Shown here: in pieces, positions 36,001 to 49,615 of the stretch
Layout: every line of letters starts with the position of its first letter
Position numbering within the stretch: position 1 is the stretch's first letter
Source of the DNA: Lama glama
Lineage: Eukaryota
Direction: 5' to 3'
NCBI GenBank assembly: GCA_028534125.1
Contig: CM052829.1
Span: forward strand, 186,001 to 250,000
DNA length: 64,000 nucleotides
The notes under the pieces: model-generated
Seen by the model: the letters and a program-made list of their open reading frames with translations, nothing else
Told to the model about the DNA's origin: nothing
Database searches by the model: none
Program-made: the position numbers and the translations under genes

Positions 36001-39000
36001 GGAGTATGTTCACTTGTGTCCCCTCTATTCCAGAGCACGCTCTGGCTCAGTCCCTGACGCCGCCGCCGGCTTCTCGGAAGCTGAGAGGCGGGCGCTGTGG
36101 GGGCTTTGGGGAGCAGGCTTTGCTGGGTTGTGTCTCAGACGGAACCTGGGTCTGGTGCCCACGACCCCACTCAGCTCTGTGTCGGGGGAGTGGTCCCTCC
36201 TCTTCCCGCAATTACAGGACTCCGCAGTCCGGTGGGGTTGCCAGCCTCCCCCTCTTTCCCAGCTCTGGGGCCAGAGGATCACTTGGATGGACAATTCTAT
36301 GTCCTGAGCCTGCGGGTCTGGACTGACCCACTTTCTGGGCTGGGGGGCTCCTCTTGCATTAGGAAGCACATGGGGCTGAGTGACACCTATGTGTCCTTGA
36401 GGAACACAAAGGCCGCGGGGACCACCCAGAGTCACGCGTCCACGCTGCCGTGAAACTCCCCAAACTGCGGGCAAGACAGCGGTGCACGCGAGCTTTTCTA
36501 GGGAGATGGTTTCTCTCCTCAGCTTGTCCGAGGGATCGCGTCTCAGACAGTCGTAGGGCTGGAGGGTCGTGGGACCAGGGACGCTCCAGGCCCTCGGCCG
36601 CCTGCCCCCCGGAGACCGGGTGCTGCCCATCCCCCCAGGCTGGAGGGCCGCTCTGCTGGGTTGGAATTGCCTCTGAACAGGGTCTCCCATCACACGCAGA
36701 CTCCAAGTTTACACAAGCAACCCGCTTCTGTCGGGCACTTTGGTTTGTGTGCATTTTGTCACTGTAAGTACGTTTGTTGTGGCTGAGCTCCCGTCCCTTC
36801 CGTGGCTTTCGTGACCTTTCTTGTTGGGGGCTCCTCCTGCTGTCCCACGTGAACCTTTCCCCTCAGAGGCCTGAGAACATGGCCTGCAGGTGCCCTGCAC
36901 ACTGCACACCTGGTCAGTGGTCAAGGCTGCCCTAGGCGACCGTGCCGACAGTCACTCAGGTGCACGGGCCCCCAGCGCAGAAGAAAACCGTGTTCTGAAC
37001 TGGCCGCACTCTCCAGTGTCTGCCGCCCGTTTCTCTCTGGGGAACTCTGCCCCTGGACTTCCTCAGAAGAACATGCAACACCGGAGAGCTTCACAGAACT
37101 TTCTTCTCCGTGCTCTTGTCTGACTGTTGAAAAGCTCTGATGGAGAGGAGATGCAGACTCACTGGAGCAGAAGGCCCTCCAGCCCTGGTCACCTGTCCTG
37201 GCCCTCAGCTGCCTCCACTGCCCCTGCCACAGGCCGGCTTCCGTGAGGTGAGTCCCTCCCGACTGGGGACTTCACGCTGTCACCGTTACTGGTGGAGAGG
37301 CCAGTGGTAGCCACGTGCCTGGTCTGAAGATGGTCACAGCCCTGAGAAGCCCTCTTCTCCAGGGAACGGGCAATAGCAAGGAAATCTACACACAAGAGAC
37401 CTACCATAATCAGTCTGGTCTTCCCCTCATGAATATGGAGCAGCAGACAGTCAAAGATCAGCAGACCTTCAAGGAGAATACAAAGGAAGAAACAGCTTGA
37501 AGGAAGAGGCTCTGAGAAGAGGGCCCTGAGAAGGACCCTCTACAAGGGTCCCTCTACCACCCTCCACAGGGCAGGGTGCTGTCCCGAGGGTCTGCACCCC
37601 CAGGATGCCCGCTGTGGGGTCCAGAGCCACGGCCGCCCCTCAACTGTTTCTCACAGGACATGGGGCCTACTCTTGGCAGCACTGGCCCTACTGGACGCAC
37701 TTAGCGGGGAAGCCTCTCTCCAGGTGGATCCAGACAGTTCCCTGGGGAGGCATGGGGGCCGCTGCCTTGTGCTCAGCCCTGGTTTTTGAGAAAAACGACA
37801 AGGCCCACGTAACCACTCCTGAGCGGTCCAGCTGCTTTGGGGCTGGACGAGGCCACTCCTGCGGCTCCTCCCGAGGCCGTCTGTCCTCCAGCGCCGGGCT
37901 CCTGACTGGGTTGAACGCTCTCTGACCCGCAGCAGTCATCAGGTACCTGCATCATACCTCTGTCCACCGGCTGGAGTCTGGAGGCCGGGAGGGGTGGAGC
38001 ACACACCTCTGGTCCCCGCGACACGCTCCCTTCCTAGTTAGCGAGAAGTGGGGGTTTTACCCTGAAGCTTCCAAATGCATTTTTCATTTAATTTCACCAG
38101 GACAGATGCTATGTGCTAGGAGAAGGTCTCCATGCAGGGGGAGCGGAGAGTTCTGAGGCTCGGCCGCCATGCTCCTGAAGTCCACGTGCCTGGCACTTGG
38201 TGTCAGCCGTTGGTACTTGACAGCCAGGCTCTAAATCTTTGTTCTGTCTTCTGTCTGTCTGTCTGCTCTCCAGGCAGGGTGCTGGGTGATGGGGGAGCGG
38301 TTGTGTGCACGTGTCGGGGGACCGACATCTCCCAGCAGAAGGTAGGAGCTATCTCCAGCTTAGACACTTGGCAGAGCGGGTCCTTGGGCTGCTGGTCCCG
38401 TGCTGGTCTCTGGGGCTCCGCCATCTTCAGGAAAACCCACCCATTCCTGCTTCCTGACGCTCTGCTGAGCCCGCCTTGTGTCTGGGAACCTGGGAGCTGG
38501 GATGGTCCTCACCACCAGAGCCAAGGCCCTGCCTGGGGCCATGTCCGCTGCTCTATGGCTTGGTTTTTTTCAGCTGAGATGAAAGGAAATTGAAATGTTT
38601 TCTTTCTGTCAACTCTGGCTAATGGTCTGGACAGTTTAAGGGGTCAGAGAGGCGAAAGGCTGGCGTGGACAGCAGCAGGGTGGGGGTGAGGGTCCGGCCT
38701 GGAGCAGAGGGTCTGATGGTCAGTCACGCATCCCCTGCCTCTGCTGCCCCACGTCTCCTGAGACACCCCCACGCTCTCCCCGCTTGTCAGACGCTCTGGT
38801 TCTCTGTCCACACTCAGCACAGGCTGGTTTGGGACAGCGGTTTTGCAGCAACTCCTGTGGGCTTGAAGCTCCCGAGTGTGCCGCGCAGGGCCTCCGAGGA
38901 GCTCGGGTGGGGGCGGCAGGGCTGTTTACCCAAGGTCCCTAACCGACGGGATTGGAGATGGCCGCGCGCTGATTTTTCATGTAAACGTCAGGCTTTATTT

Positions 39001-42000
39001 CTTAGCATCCAGTAGGAAGTTTCTTTGTTTGACTTTCCCCGTCAAGGGGCCAATTAATTCCGGCTCCCCTGGCACGCGGGCCCAGCTGTCGTCGGCCCCT
39101 CTGCTGAAAGCCTCGGTTCCATCAGCCGCCGCCCTGAATGGGAAATTAATCAGCAGCCCCAGAGGCGGCCCCCGCCCGAGGCTGGGCCCCTTCTTGCCCG
39201 CCCCCCCCCTCCATGGTGATTTCACACCTTTCTGTAAGGCAGCCTCAGGGCCTTCACCTATCTGAGGAATTTTTCAATTAACATTTCTTTTCCTGGAGCG
39301 AGACCAGAGCCTTTGGGTCTCCACAAAAGGTCGGCTTCACTTTTCCTACAACAAACGTGCTGCGTTCAGAGGGTCGGGCTGAAGGCCTATTATCTGGCAT
39401 TGATGATTTAGGTCGGCCACCTCCCCAATCAATAGCTGATCGGGGCACCGCAGGGGAGAATTTCTGCTTTAAATCCGCTCCTCCTCAAACTAAAATGGTC
39501 TCCTTTGAGTAAAGAACGCCCCGTTGAATTTTAAATCCATCTAATTGGCAGTGTTTAAAAAGAGGGGCAGATACTAGGAAAGAGCAGCAGAGGCCAGAGG
39601 CCCTTCTCCTTGCTGTAGGACCTCACGTCTTCCCCCAGACGGGCGGTTTTGTTGCCGCAGGCTTTTCTCGAATGTTTTATTACCTGATTAAATATTTTAA
39701 CAGAGAGTTGTCATCACTTCAAATAAAATCCTGCCATATTACAGCTCTTTCAGATTTTAAGATCTCCCATCAGAGGCCAGTGAAAACACAGATTTACTAA
39801 CAATATCTAGTCTGGATGAGAGATTTACTGGAGAATTCAGCCAACTTCACTGAAATTTTTATGTTTGGTGCTCTGGATCTGTCTGGCCAGTCACATAACT
39901 TTTAAAACCACAGTTAGAAGTAGGGGAAGTAGAAGGGCAAACACAGCTCGGAGATCCATGTCAGAGGTGGGAACAGCGGGCCAGGCTGTGTGGACTTAGA
40001 GGACTCAGGGTTCAGGGGCCGAGCCCCCCCCCCCGCAACCCCCGGTGCTCTGGGAAAGTGGGGTCTGCTGTTAAAGTGTAGGTGTTTCTTTGCAGTGATG
40101 CGTCCTTTGGTCCCTTCTTTTTCACACCAAAAAGCCAACTTTATTTATGTGTGCTCTAACGAACAACGAGCTTCCTGAGTTTGGAAACTTGATAAATTCG
40201 AGCGGCTCTTCTATGCAAGACGACTGCCTGTGTTTGCGGTAAATGTATCTTACTTTTGCTGTTAATGGGAAGGGGCCTGTTTCCAGCTCGCCTGGACTCA
40301 GCCTCCATGCAGGGCAAACTAACCTGTGACGACGCCATGTCCTTCTCGCTCTGCTTCCGCGGCATGTGTTGTTGTCACGCTTTCAGCACAACAGTAAAAA
40401 TGGGGGCAAATGCAGCTTTTGACAGAAGAGAATCCACAGAGACCCCAGAGTGGCTGACGGAATGAAGGGCTGGTTGGTATACCTGGCAGTCCTTCTGGGT
40501 CTGGCAATTCCAGTCCGAACTCAGTCTGCACAGCCCCGGGAGACAGGCGCTGCCTCGAGCCCCACTCACGCCGAGGACACTGAGGCTCAGCGGGAGTGGT
40601 GGCCAGGCGTCCCCAGCCGGCCCGTCCCTCCCCAGACCTCTGGCTGGTGAATGTGGCGGATCCCTTGCGCAAAGTGTTATCTAGGGGCTGGGGTTGGCAC
40701 TAAACCCTCAGGCAGTGTTTTGAAGGAAACCAGGTATTTCCACGCTGACTTAGAAATCGCATCCATGCGTTTCTCCTCACCGTGGGGTCCGACGGCACAC
40801 AGAGGGGGCCACAGGAGGGCGAAGGCCCCGATGGTCCTGGGGCAGAAGACCAACTTGGGGCATTTGGGTTGAGGAAGCTCCAAAAAGGGCAGAAGAGAGT
40901 ATTGACTCACACTCGGGGGTGCCAGCTTCGTAACTCTGGGTCAGAACTCTGCAGAAGCACTCAGTGAGCGGCCTAGCCTGCACAGTTACTCTGTAGGACT
41001 AAGGCTATGATCCAGTGTCAGTGACAGCAGCACAGACCGCGAGGAGCCTCCAGCCTCCAAGACGTCCCGGAATCAGCTCTCACTCCGGGACGTACTCCTG
41101 GCAGGTTGGGGGCACATGCGTGCTGGCCAGCTGGCTCCAGTACGGAGTCCGGCCCTGACATACTCTTGCTGCGCCCCAGGCTCCACCGGCCTCTCCATCA
41201 CGTCAGGGCAATCACGGGTGTTACATCCGTCAGCGGCTACCGTGGACCTGGTTAGAGCGTAGGCCAACTCAGCACCTGAACATCCCAACCAATTGTCGGC
41301 CAGGACAGTGGCAAGCAGGGTGGTCAAGCACAGCCACCAAGCCCGTCTGGCAGTGAAGTCAGGGGCAATGTCAGCCGACCTCAGCACCTGCCTGGTCTGA
41401 CTGTGCCCTTTCCAAGCCCTGCGGCACCTTTGGGTGCTTCAACGCCTAAAACTTAAGATGCCTCCGGAGGAAAGTGATTTCAAGTGGAGAAACTGCTGGG
41501 AAGTTACTCCGGCTCTCCTGGGTCATTCGGGTCCAGACTCCATCCCGTGTGCAGGGGGCACGTGCGGGAAGAGCAGGGCTGCACCCAGGGCTCCGATCAT
41601 CGGGGGGCATGTGGACCAGGAGAACAACACCGGAGCCCCCTACGGCCCTGCTGAGAGCAGCGGCGCTGGCCCTGGGAGTCGCTGGGTCCCTGGGGAGGAG
41701 ACAGTCCCCGCAGAGGAGCAGGGGGCGGGCCGTCCTGCTCCTAAAGTCCCAAGGAGCTTCCACTCACCAGAGGCACCGCCAAGCTGCCCACTGGCCGGGT
41801 GGGGCCTGACCGCCGGGGAGACACCTGAGGCCTGACGTCTGAACACGGCGAGAAGCAAAGCAGGTGGGAGGGTGTTTCTCCTGCAGGCCGAGGGGCTGCG
41901 CCGACACGCTCCACCCAGAGTCACAGCAAACCCTCTTCTCGCCCGGGACTTTCTCCTTTAGCAGCGAGCTCTGGCCTCCTACCTGCACACGCCAGCGTCA

Positions 42001-44626
42001 GACCCGAGAGCAGCCCTGCACACGCCCGCCTCACGCGGATTGGGCCTCTCCTGACCCGCATCTCTGGGAGGGCGGAGCGGGGTTCACGACCGAGGTCTGG
42101 GTTCAGGCGACTGGATGGCTCTGCACCCACAAGACCAGGGACCAGCTGGTTTGCTCAGAGTCCGGGAGGCAGTGGAGCAGGGCTTGTCTGTGTCCCTGGG
42201 CACCTGGTTTCTGACTCTACTGTGTGTGGTGCCATGGTGGCTGCCCACCATGAATAGGAACTCTGTTTCTTCTCATGTCCTCTCCCGCTCTGGCAGCACA
42301 GCGTTGAGGTGCGAGGCACTCACAGGCCCCTAGACTCAGTGAGGGCGCACACATGCCTCTTGCCTGCGTGCGGCCTGGGCGAGACACAGCCCCCCGGCTC
42401 CCTCAGCTTGTGCTGCCTCTCTGACAGCAAGGCTCGGGCCTGGGGGGCCGTCACAAGTGGGATCCACCGCCACCTGTCGCAGTTCACACGCCCCCTCTGC
42501 CCTGCCTTCAGGGCGGGGGGCCGGTCCCCACTCTTCCTGCAGGACTTTCTTGAACTCAGGTGACCGACAAAACCCTTCCGGGGTGAGCGTGTGAATCAGG
42601 GATACAGGGAGCAGGCTGACTCCCTGGGGGCGGGCATCGGCAGGGCTGCAACGAGCCATCTCTGAAGCCCCACTGGAGCGGCACCGAGTGTCTGTTCTGT
42701 CCCCAGAGGTGACAGGCTGCATCAGGAGAGACCCAGGCCATGCTCGCCTGGCTGGCTCCACCTCCCTGGCTGGACCATGGCCACCCCGAGCCTTTCTTTC
42801 CCCAGTTCTCCAAAAAGGAAGGTGGTCATTGTCCCTCAGAAGACCTGTGTCAGAATCACTCAGGGAGTGTCACAGCTGCAGAAAAAACAAAAGCGAAAAG
42901 GCTTTAAACCACCAGGCACAAGTGTCCACTTCCTCCAGCAGCCAAACTCCTGTGGTTTCTGTGGGAAGCTTCTGCTCTCGGACACACCGGGGCCGGACTT
43001 GACTCAGCGAGGGCTCTGTGGGCGTGGAGGCCAGCAGTGTGGATGACTCCTTTGCAGAGGGCCTCTGCCCATGGTGGGATGGCTCCGAGGTGGTGCAGGA
43101 CTCGTGCGTCCCTCTGTCTTTCGCTATTCTGTGCAGTCTGGACCCTGGCAGCCTCAGGCTGGGGCAGGGACTGCCACCACCCTGAAGAAGAGACACATAC
43201 TTCATTCCACAACATCCAGATGTGGCCTTTGCAGCATCCCAGAGTTCTGCAAATATTCCAACGTTCCAGGCCTGGCTGTCTGACGGTGGGGCGTCCGTGT
43301 CTGCTCCCCAAGAACACACGTGATATCACTCAAGGCCCCACTGGGACACCCACAGCCTCACTGCTTGTAAAGAGTTTTGGCTCTGCAGCTGACCTGCGGC
43401 TGACCAGCAGTGCGGTCCCCAGGCCATCCTGGCTCTGTCCTGAACGACAGTTTCCATAAGGGCTTGTCTGAGGCCAGTCTGCAGAAGCTTGACCAGGGCC
43501 ACAATATTTCTGAAGACACCGATGTAGTGAGCCGGCTCTTCACCAGGTCTTCATCTGCGTACAAGCCACCTGCCCGGTCCCTGCAGCCCCAAGGCCTGCA
43601 CAGCAGGTGCAGGGTCCCATGGAGAGCCAAGATATGGATCTTGGCACCAGGAATGACTGGCTTTCAGGATTGCAGAGGCACATGTGTGCACACGCTCATG
43701 CACTCGCCAGCACAAAGAGGTGCGGGAGGTGGTCTCAGCACACCCCCATCCATTGTTCACCCAGGACCACCAGCTGCAGAGCTCTAGTTATGGCCTTGTG
43801 TGGGGGTGGCTTTGTGTCAGATGTCACCTCACTCCAAAGACCACGTGACTCCTTGCTGGCTCCTGTGGTCTCGGGTGCTGTCCTCCCCAAAGTCCTTCAG
43901 CCACCCGAGCCCTTAGCTCTGGTACCCGTCGGGGTGGCCTTCCTCCCTGACGGGGTGAGGCCCCGGGATTTGTCCCTCTGCTGCCTGAAAATGGAGGCAA
44001 GGGTCCAGCACATCTCACCTCCAGGTGCAGCAACAACCCAGAGCTGCTGCTGCTGCCCTCAGGCTCTGGAAGCTTCCAGAACAGACTCCGGAGAAGGAGC
44101 AGGGCCCACGTGCTTAAGGAGCCCACAATCAGGTATTTAGCTCCTAAACAGAACTCACTGGAAATAAGCAGGATCAGCTGGAACTTCTGTGTTCCTCGTA
44201 TCAGTCCTTCCCCTGCTGAGAGGACTGAGGTGGCACCATGTGAAAGTGAAGAAAAATATTCCCACGAGTGAGTGGTGTGGTGAACGCATGAACACGGCAG
44301 CCCTAGTTCCCACATGACTAAAGGGCAGAACTAATGACTCAAGAAGCCACTAAAAATACGATTCTCCTGTTTTCCTCTTTTCTAGTTCCCATTGGATCAG
44401 AATCCTTGAAAAACAGAAAGTACCATTCTTTTGGGAGTTTCAGCTTCTCCTTGGCTGTGGTAGATTTTCCAGATTTAAGCCTGTTAGTGAGAGTTGGAAG
44501 CCATGACAGGGCTGTCCTATCCCAGCTGAATCTGGTTCCTATGACTCCTGTTGCTTCTCTGTCCTCAGCGAAGAGGACGTGAGGATCCTCAGGTTAGCAA
44601 ACAGCCCGAAGAGATTATGTAAATGT

Positions 44627-44679
44627 CACACACACACATACACACACATACACATACACACATGCACACACACACATAC
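44627..44679. repeat. Interrupted (CA)n microsatellite
   Basis: Directly visible. Confidence 0.95.
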
Positions 44680-46576
44680 GTGGACAATTTCTGAAGATTC
44701 TACCTGACAAGCAGGTGCCCTCACACTGACTACTCTCTCTTCTAGTGAGTCTGCAGATAGCCAGGTACCAGTGGTGCCTCGTCAGGAGCACCGGGTGTGA
44801 GGCCAGGGCTGAAGGCCTGGCTAGCAGGGCTCGTTACCCTCCTCTGGCCCTTTGGCCTTGTGATGTCACAGCTCTGGCATGGACACCAGGTGAGAAATCA
44901 AAGGACCAGAAGAAGTGGGGTTCCTCCCATTTCTTTCCCGCCTTCAACTGTCAGTGCTCCTTGACCAGAGGAGCTTTACTTACTCGTTTTTTCCCTGAAA
45001 ACGTGTGGCAGTAAATGTTCATCAGAAACTCTGTCACTGCCTCTCAGGTGGGTGCTTTTCCCAGGTGGAGAGAGGAGCTTCATTATGTTCCACCGCTGGC
45101 CCATGGCACAAATTCCAGTGGTTGGTGGTGGCTTCAAGGTGCAGAGAGGCAGCTGGCCGCGGCTGGCGTGCTCCGGGGGCTCTTTGAAGGCAGAGGAACC
45201 GGAGAAAGGACAGCCCCGGGCAGAGCTGAGAGTGAGGCCAGATGCAAGGGTCATGTCATAGCAAGGTTTGTCCCTATGGAATCCTGGTCGCCTCGAGCCC
45301 CGGTTCTCCTGTTTTGGAAAAAACAAACTTTCCCTCAAGAGCTTAATTCTTCCCACTCTTCAGTGTGGCAACTTCGGCCTCTGAGCTCTTGGTAAACACG
45401 TGACATCAACATGTTGGAAATAAACAGGAAGTCACGTCGCGGGAGGGGGTGGGTGCAGCCCCCAGTGCACCAGGCTGTGCCCTGCGGTGTGATTGCTGCG
45501 CGGCTGCGGTCAGGGTTGGTGCTGGTTCAGGGGCGGGTGTGGGGAGGTCAGGTCCTTTCTCTCCCTGTCTCTCCTCAGTTCTGTCTGCCGCCTCCTCCAA
45601 CCTATCTCCTTTGCACATGTTTTCTTGTCTCCCGCCCTCAGCACCTGGTTTCCTCCTTCCTCCCTGATGTGCTTCTCCCGTCACCCTGAGCTCTTGGGCC
45701 AATTACACACCTTCCCCTTGACCCTTCTGCTCTCCGGATGGTGGTGCCATGCAGGTGTGAACACGCATGCACACGCTCTTCCCATAGTCCTTCCAGACCC
45801 CTCCCTTCCAGGAGCAGAGCAGACGCAGGGACGGATTCATGCCAGACTGTGCCTGGGCCTCTGCCCCAGGCGCCAGTTCTCCTGAAATGAGATGGAAAAG
45901 GAGGCTGTGCTGGCAGCCACTTGCCACACCGGCCAGATGGCCCTGCTCCCTGGGGCAGCACCGGCATGACTGAGGTCCTGCCCTGGAAGCTGCTCGCTGG
46001 CATCTCCTCACGCCTCCGAGAGCCCGCCAGCCCAGCACCCTCTGGGGACCGGAGCAAACGCGGAAGCCGCTCGGCCCCTCAGCCCCGTGTGCTTGTTCCG
46101 TGGGCACGTCCACCTGCTGCTGGACCACAGCCCTTGTGAGTGGATTTGCATGGATTTGGTCCCAGGAAGTGCTGAGAATGGCAGATGTGTGCGCCCAACC
46201 TCGCAGGGCTCTGCATGCTGGGGAGTGGGCCCAAAGCAACTACAGTCCAGCCCGGGGAGGGCTGTGGGGTAACAGAGAGCCAATTAGTGGTGATGTTCAT
46301 GCGTGAGCAGCCGGCCAGCCCCCACCGGCTGCCATGGTGCTGTGAAGCCGTGCACATGATTCCCCTGCTGGTTACATCATAGGAATCCGAGAGAGGAAAC
46401 CTGTTGGATCTGGACTTTCTCTCCCTGGTGGACCGGGAGCCATGCTGCCTGTAAATAAAGATGCACGCCTTCAAGGAGGAGCTTCAGTGCTTTTGCAGAA
46501 CGATCGTCCCAAGTCCCAGGGCACATTCCCCAGCTCATTCCACTGCCTTCCTCTCTCACTAAAAATTCCACTTAAA

Positions 46577-46633
46577 TTTTTCTTTTTTTAAAGTTTTATT
46601 GAAACATAGTCAGCTTACAATGTTGTGTTAATT
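46577..46633 (-). mobile_element. Very short 5'-truncated LINE-1 3' tail
   Basis: T tract then ttttattgaaacatagtcagcttacaatgttgtgttaatttctggtgtacagca; similar to the L1 3' end at 59220. Confidence 0.75.
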
Positions 46634-49571
46634 TCTGGTGTACAGCATGGTTGTAGAGACTTGCTTGAGGTCAGGTGAAGGGGCCTTGGTTTTACAGAGT
46701 CAGAGGGTGACCGGCATCCTGGTTTCTGGGGGCCGAGGCCTTTCCCCAGACACAGGACTTGCAGCACTAGAGCCAGGACGGTCCTGGCAAACCGGGAAGG
46801 TGGGGACCCTAGGTTGGCACTCAGGGATGGGTAGTGAACAGTAGGAGGGAGCAGCGACCTTAGGGCCTGACCGAGGATCACTTGGAGGAGGTGCCCCTTA
46901 TCAGCAGAAAGAAGATGCAGCCACCCCTCTTTGGGTGCTCTGGAAAGATGAAAGCGGTGGGGCGTCCAGTATGTGTCTGCTCTCTGCCACTGGCACCAGT
47001 GGCATCTGTAAGAAAAGGAACTGTGCCCAGTGACCCCAGTGCCCTGCAGTGAACGTGGTAAAGCTGTCTTTCATGAGCCTACCAAACACGCCTTAGATGT
47101 ATTTGTGTAGTTACCTGTTCTGATTAAAGGCTGCAAATACGTCTACTGTGGAGACAGGGGCCACGAGACGTGCAGCCTCAGGGAGAGGATGCTCCTCCGA
47201 GTCCTCTGCTGCTTTCCTCAACAGGAAGGGAGATCCCCTGCGATGCCGAGCCTCCGCCAGTCACCGCAGCGCCCCAGAGCCGCGGGCGCCTGCAGCCGGC
47301 AAATGTAAGCTCGCTCGGGGCCGGGAGGTAGGCTGGGTGGTGCAGGAGCGCCTGCTGTCTGGGTCGTGACCCATCCGGCTGGGCTCTGGCAGCGTGGACA
47401 CGGCCCCGGCGGCTCCTCTGACGGCCAGGCAGCTCCGCGGTGGGGGGTAGGGGGCGGGGCAGGAAAGACAGCAGTTGGGGCGCGCACGGCCCCCCCACTT
47501 CTGTCCTCCTCGAGTGCCTTGCCGGGGGCACTGGTCCTCCTGACCCGGTGGGTCTCCTGCAGCTTTAAAATCCGGCTTTTCTGGTGATGCTCAGACAAGA
47601 GCCACCCACTGACCCTGAAACCATGTGGGCGACCCCGGGCCTGACTTCTGGTAAAAGGTGGCTGGCTGGGAGAAATCCGGTCTAGGACACCCTAGGAGGC
47701 CCACCCTCCCTTTGCAGAAAGGTGATAACAGAACAGAAAGAAACCTGTTTACAAAGTCAGTCATTTAAGGAGACTGTGTACAGATCCACTTTGCCTCAGC
47801 GCTGCTCTCTGGAGTGAGCCCAGGGCGCTGCCCCGCAGGGTGCAGGGTGCAGGGTGTCTCCCCAAGAACCGCGTGTGGAGTAAACACGCCTGTTTCAACC
47901 AGGGAGCCTCCTGCCCCTGGGAGCCCAGAGGGAGGGAGCGGCTCGCGCTTTAAAGAGCAGTTAGCAGTAACGTCTCTCTCCTCAGCTGCCTTCCTTCCGA
48001 ACATGCTGATTTTGGAGGCTGTACTTTTGCACAGCTAGATTGCTTCGTGTAACCTGGGGCCCCTCCCAGCAGATAACATTCCTGTGGCCGCCAGCATTCC
48101 GCAGGCTTTGGCTGCAAACACCTGGAGGTGAAGTGCTCTGGGCTCCGGAGAGACAACCCAAGGGGCGTCCCGTCCCTCCCAGCACTTGTGAGCCACTCCC
48201 TCTCCAGAAGCCCTGTGTGGAAGACGATCTCCGTCCCTCGTTTGGTGTCCAGAGAGGGCTGCCACCGGGCCTCCTGGGGGCAGGAGCTGACGGCCTGTAG
48301 CCCAGGGACTTCCCTGCCTGAGTCCCAGCCTCGGCCTGCTGTGCAGACGGGGCTTGTGCTCGCCCCGCAGGCTGCGGGCTCAGGCCGGGACAGGCCAGGT
48401 GAGGGGGCGAATTCCTGAGCTATGTGCCTTCACTGAGAACACCCTGCCTCCAGCACGGCAGGAATTTGGGGCTGCAGGCAAGGCCAGGAATGCAGGGCAG
48501 AGGGCAGAGTTGGATGCCTACCCAGAAGCAGGCGCAGACTTGTGTCAACCCCATGCCCAGACCTGGAGGGCAGGGGCGGTCAGTACGGTGAGTGACTGTC
48601 TCAGCCAGAGCCGCTCAGGGTCCCTGGGGCTCAGAGGCCTTTCCTGCGTGGGAGCAGCTGCGTGGGCAGCAGGTCTAGAGCTGGGTGGAGGGGGGCTCTG
48701 CTGGGTGCATGCCCCTCGATCGTGCAGGACAGCCTGAGAGATGACCCTGGAAGGGCCAGCAGCCCAGTGCTGCCCTGACCCCTGCACTGACTGCAGACAG
48801 GCCCCCGGTAAGAAACACTACAGACGACACGTGACACTGGTTGCATGGACAGAGGCTAGACCACTTGTTCCTCCTGGGGTCCACGGCCCTCCTGCGTGGG
48901 CTCCCAGCTCTGCCTAGCCTCTGGGAGGGTGTGGCATGTCAGGAGCGACCGGGGCACCTCTCCTTGTCTGGCGCCGTCTCCAGCTCACCGCCCGGCCCAC
49001 GCGGACTTCCCCACGGGCCTTCGCCTGGGCCCCTCCCAGGCACGCTTCTGAAGCAGCAAAGGTGTGAAGGTGTGGCCACATGCCTGGGCCTAACCAGGGT
49101 GGAAGGTCTGGAATGCCTACCCCAGCCACTTTACCCAGATGAGGTCGCCCCTCGTGGGGACGGAGTGAGGGGTCACGTGGGGGTGGCCCGGGGCAATGGG
49201 ATGGTGTGGAGCCGGGGAGGTGTGAGGAGCCTCACCTGGCGGTCCCTACATGTGGCAGAGGGCAGGGACAGGTGGCTGCCTTCTGTGCAAAGTGCCAGGA
49301 AGGGCACAGGCAAGCAGCCCTGGCACCTCGCAGGAGCCAGCATGGCTTCATTAAGCACGGTCTCTGCTCCAGAACTTTAATCCGCTCTAATTAGGGGCCC
49401 ACAGGCTGAAGTGCTCATGCAGGGAAGACGGGGCAGGTGGGGTACAGGCTGGGCTCAGTCTGCAGGCGGCTAGGCTGGGCTGGTGGAGGGCGGCCACGGG
49501 AGGACAGCTGTGGTCCTGGCGAAGGCCCCTCTCGTTTGAGTCATCCTGCGCTGGCAGTGGTGCCGATGCCG

Positions 49572-49615
49572 TGGGGGTCACGGCCCCTGGGGGTCACAGC
49601 CCCTGGGGTCAGAGC
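49572..49615. repeat. Short tandem repeat, ~3 copies of TGGGGGTCAC(G/A)GCCCC
   Basis: Directly visible. Confidence 0.75.

Noticed and set aside
38410-38435. CTCCGCCATCTT (YY1 motif / possible antisense L1 5' end)
   Set aside because: Isolated; flanks do not clearly extend into a recognisable element.
40780-41345. Possible very old MLT1-type LTR
   Set aside because: Resemblance too weak to support without an alignment.
24661-46151. Octamer ATTTGCAT/ATGCAAAT sites (24661, ~29091, ~35944, 46144) as ASCL1/POU3F composite elements
   Set aside because: None has the adjacent CAG(C/G)TG required for the composite motif.
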